The notes under the pieces: model-generated | Told to the model about the DNA's origin: nothing | Databases searched by the model: none | Seen by the model: the letters and a program-made list of their open reading frames with translations, nothing else | Program-made: the position numbers and the translations under genes | Shown: piece by piece, positions 60,692 to 64,000 of the stretch | Position numbering within the stretch: position 1 is the first letter of the stretch | Layout of the letters: every line of letters begins with the position of its first letter | Source of the DNA: Stegostoma tigrinum | Taxonomy: Eukaryota | Reading direction: 5' to 3' | Assembly (NCBI RefSeq): GCF_030684315.1 | Contig: NC_081378.1 | Location: 37,682,252 to 37,746,251 of the forward strand | DNA length: 64,000 nt

Positions 60692-60796
60692 CTCAAATAA
60701 AATCCTGATATTCCGTGAACAAGTCACTCCATTTTCACAGCACGGAACACTTTCTGTCAGTATTTGGAATGTACCGATTGCTCGTTGACATTGATC
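60692..60796 (-). CDS. MUC19: Mucin VWD3 exon ([35 protein letters not shown])
   Basis: 105 nt, TAG / GTGTGT, phase 0-0; not in ORF track. Confidence 0.92.
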
Positions 60797-61764
60797 CTAA
60801 AATTAAATTGACTTGTGTGAAATTGCGCATTGGAACCTTGGCATGTAATCTGGGATGAATGCCAACTGAACAATTCAAATGCTATTTTTTAACTTGTCAA
60901 TGAAAGAGAAACATTCATGATGGCATCTGATCCTGATCTGTCTAATTCTAGGGAAGCTTCGACCACACTTTCTCTTCCTGCTCCTATGCGCCCCAACTTC
61001 TTCCCCCATCGAGGATCCAGCCTTAGCTCCTCCATTTTCCCATCTACAAGTTGACTCAACATTGCTTTCATTCAAAAACATGGTGACTGGGAATTAATGG
61101 GACCCGCGACAGCAGGAATGAGAGTGAGGATGTGGTGGGAGGGAGATGGCAGGAGAATTAATGATGCACTTGCTTCCAATTGCTCATGTCAGAAAATCTA
61201 TTGGGAAGTTTGTGTGAGGGGAGGTTGTTGCAGAGATCCCACCCATTTAATGGCTGGTTATCAATTAGGCTTGTTACTGAGCCACTTAAACCCAAATATG
61301 CCTCCTTCTTCTAGCAGTTAATTGTGGCTCAGATTTTCCACTGTGCCTGTCTCCATTTAAATTGTATGGCTTTTTCTGATGAATCAGCCAAGGATTGCTC
61401 CAGTTTTCCAACCACTTGAGTGAGCCCTTGACACTGAAACTAAATATGTTCCACTCTTAGGTCCTGGCAACAACCAGCTCTGCCTCCCCATCAACTCTCT
61501 TGAACACTGTTGTTTTTAAATTCTCTGACTGCTTATCTGTTATTCAGTATTGGATATGCAAAAACTTCTTTCAGTTAACTATTCAGAAATAAAACATTTC
61601 CCTTTTTTCTCTGTGCCCTAACCATTGACTCCTTCCCTCTCTGTGGCCAAGATCTGAGGCTCAATCAGACCTATTTCAGGATACACTCAAAAGCTTTCCT
61701 GCAGACACAAATGCAATCATGTATAATAGATGTGCGTAACAGATACAGCAAACAATGACATAGT

Positions 61765-61886
61765 AGGAACTGCAGATGCTGGAGAATCTGAGATAACAAG
61801 GTGTAGAGGTGGATGAATACAGCAGGCCAAGCAGCATCAGAGGAGCAGGAAAGCTGTCGTTTTGGGTCTGGACCTCTCTTCAGAAA
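61765..61886 (-). mobile_element. Diverged Penelope-like pLTR fragment
   Basis: GGAACTGCAGATGCTGGAGAATC...CAGCAGGCCAAGCAGCATCAGAGGAGCAGGAAAGCTG matches the 25218 family; hammerhead core mutated. Confidence 0.75.
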
Positions 61887-62299
61887 AAATAACAAATTAT
61901 CTTCCCTTTTGGCTCCCTTCTCTACCCCTATACAATAGCCATTTATTGTACTTCATTGAATATTTATGAGGTTGCTGCCATCATTATATTTTTGACTTAC
62001 TTTCAAATTGCAACAAGGTAATTAAATAATTACTGTGTTTGCCAGTGAGTGCTAATTACATAGCACATTTTTGCTAACCTTGAGATGTGAGTTTCAATGA
62101 CATAGCCAACATGTATTGCCCACCTGCACTTGAGAAATTGATGTCATACTACCCTCATCAATAGCTGAAGTCCATGCTTTTGTAAGCCCACCCTTTGTTG
62201 TTAGGGAGTTATTAACTTTCCACATTCACATCCAACATTTTCTAAATAATTCTATAGGTGGTACAAAGGAAGAATGATCAAAAAAGCATTGTAATTTAC

Positions 62300-62438
62300 C
62301 TCAACAATGACATATTCACAGTTCCCATCATAGCTGTATCTTTTTCCATCAAAGGTTTTGTAGTGACCATCTCCATAAACTAGGCAGGTCTTTGGACATG
62401 AGTAATCAGTACATGCCCATAAACCACCTTTGCATGTG
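62300..62438 (-). CDS. MUC19: Mucin E'/VWD3 start exon (CTCKGGLWACTDYSCPKTCLVYGDGHYKTFDGKRYSYDGNCEYVIVE)
   Basis: 139 nt, CAG / GTAAAT, phase 2-0; GDGHY.TFDG VWD motif; not in ORF track. Confidence 0.95.
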
Positions 62439-62472
62439 CTGCAATATAAAATGTACAGATTAATATTGTTAT

Positions 62473-63360
62473 ATAGTCATAGAATTGTACAGCACAGAAA
62501 CAGGCCCTTCGGTCCAACTCATCCATGCTGATTAGATACCCTAAATTAATCTGGACCCATTTAGCCCATATCCCTCAAATCCCTTCCTATTCATATGCCG
62601 ATCCAGATGTCTTTTAAATGTAAGTGAGCCAGCCTCCACCACTGCCTCTGTCAGTTTATTCCATACACACACCACCCTTTGTGTGAAGAGTTTCCACTTA
62701 GGTCTCTTTTATATCTTTCCCCTCTCACTTAAAACCTATGGTCTCCCCTACCCTGTGAAAAAGACCTTGGCTAATCACTCTATCCATGCCTCTGATGGTT
62801 TTATAAACTTCTATATGGCCATCCCTCAGCCTCCAATGTTCCAGAGAAAATAACCCCAGCCTATTTTAGTTTCTCCCAATAGCTCATAACCTCCAAACTT
62901 GGCAACATCCTTGTTAATCTTTTCTGCACACTTTCAGGTTTCACAACATCTTTCCTTCAGCAAGGAGACCAGAACTAAATGCAATATTCCAAAAGTGGCC
63001 TAGCCAATGTCCTGCACAGCTGCAATATGACATTCCAATACATATACTCAGGGCACTGACCATAAAGGCAACTGTACCAATTGCCTTCTTCACCACCCTG
63101 TCTACCTGTGACTCTACTTTCAAGGCGCGAACAATCGACACTCAAGGTCTGTGTGTTCGGAAATACTCCCCAGGACCCTGCCCTGATTTGCCTTACCAAA
63201 ATGCAACACCTCACATTTACCTAAATTAAATTCCATCTGAACCTCCTTGGCCCATTGTCACATCTGAGATTACCTTCTTCACTGTTCACTACACCACCAA
63301 TTTTTTTGGTATCATCTGCAAACCAACTATCCATTCCTTGTATGTTCTCATCCAAATTAC
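62473..63360 (-). mobile_element. Degenerate CR1-clade LINE 3' portion
   Basis: 3' tail (plus strand CATAGAATTGTACAGCACAGAAACAGGCCCTTCGG); remnants VDRVVKKA, LQLCRTLARPLLEYC. Confidence 0.88.
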
Positions 63361-63434
63361 ATATTTCTTCAATTTTGCACAGTTAGTTTCAAATTGTTTT
63401 GTTGTATTAGATTGTAATATCTATACAAGCTCAC

Positions 63435-63583
63435 CAATCATTGCAGTCACTTTTAATTGTTTCTCCAGAATTGAAGATTTCATCACCATATGAACAAGGA
63501 CACTTTTCTGGTAAAATGCAATTTCCATTGTAATCTTCCACCAAACCTTCAGGGCACACACAGCCAGGGACACAAGGATTTGG
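63435..63583 (-). CDS. MUC19: Mucin TIL'/E' exon ([30 protein letters not shown]...KSDCNDC)
   Basis: 149 nt, AAG / GTGAGC, phase 0-2. Confidence 0.93.
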
Positions 63584-63918
63584 CTTTATAAAAGAGAATA
63601 CACAATGTCTCAATTGGCAGTGTTAGTCATTGCACATGTACAGGATGTATGGATTAATCATCATGAAGGTGAAATATTATGTCATTTTCCATCATTTATT
63701 GTGCAATAAAAAAGTCAGTGGTTGCGTAAAATCTTTTGCTCTTTGTGTTACAAATTTTGTTGGAAGTCTAGGGAGTATTAGACACATTGCTATAGCATCT
63801 AGAATTGATCATTTCATATATTATGTGGTTAATCCTGTTAAAAATAATTGCCTTGAGGCATTGTTCAACACATTGGTCTATAATAGAAAAACTAAAGTGT
63901 AAATTTAGGGTCACTTAC

Positions 63919-64000
63919 GCACGGTGTGTTTAACATCTGGCACGTCTTTCTACATACTGAGTTAGTCTGACAGTCTGAAAATATTTTTGCTCCACAATCT
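63919..64000 (-). CDS. MUC19: Mucin TIL' exon at window edge (DCGAKIFSDCQTNSVCRKTCQMLNTPC)
   Basis: GTAAGT donor, phase 0, matching the next exon; 5' boundary at or beyond the window end. Confidence 0.85.

Larger units (their letters stand above)
1..64000 (-). other. MUC19: Internal part of a gel-forming mucin gene (MUC19-like), spanning the entire window; both ends outside
   Basis: Spliced exons with consistent phases give TIL'-E'-VWD3-C8-TIL-E followed by ~1700 aa of Thr/Ser-rich repeats. Peptides such as [53 protein letters not shown] and [20 protein letters not shown] closely resemble mammalian MUC19/submaxillary apomucin as I recall it (no search run). Confidence 0.85.

Noticed and set aside
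60860-62200. Possible further old repeat remnants (~60900-61340, ~62080-62200) and the short ORFs there
   Set aside because: Too degenerate to assign by eye. The flanking exons already join in phase without additional coding sequence.

Overview
Eukaryotic vertebrate DNA, most likely from a shark or other elasmobranch (HE1-type V-SINE, CR1/HER1-like LINEs, Penelope-like elements). The whole window lies inside one large minus-strand gel-forming mucin gene whose D'-D3 region (TIL, VWD3, C8, TIL, E; exons at 54744-64000) looks like MUC19. The Thr/Ser-rich (PTS) domain is not one big exon. I count 82 mini-exons of 57-93 nt, all multiples of 3 and all phase 1-1. Of these, 77 (six classes, A-F) sit in a ~48 kb homogenised higher-order tandem array of exon+intron modules: P = A-B-C-D-E (~2.70 kb) and Q = A-B-F (~2.0 kb). 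Deletions in the array remove whole exons or only intron, and one exon class has an in-frame acceptor shift. Inserts include a young 5'-truncated CR1 LINE and Penelope-like elements with inverted pLTRs and minimal hammerhead-ribozyme cores. Most ORFs in the supplied track are spurious. Both gene ends lie outside the window. Coordinates were read by eye and should be confirmed with RNA data.
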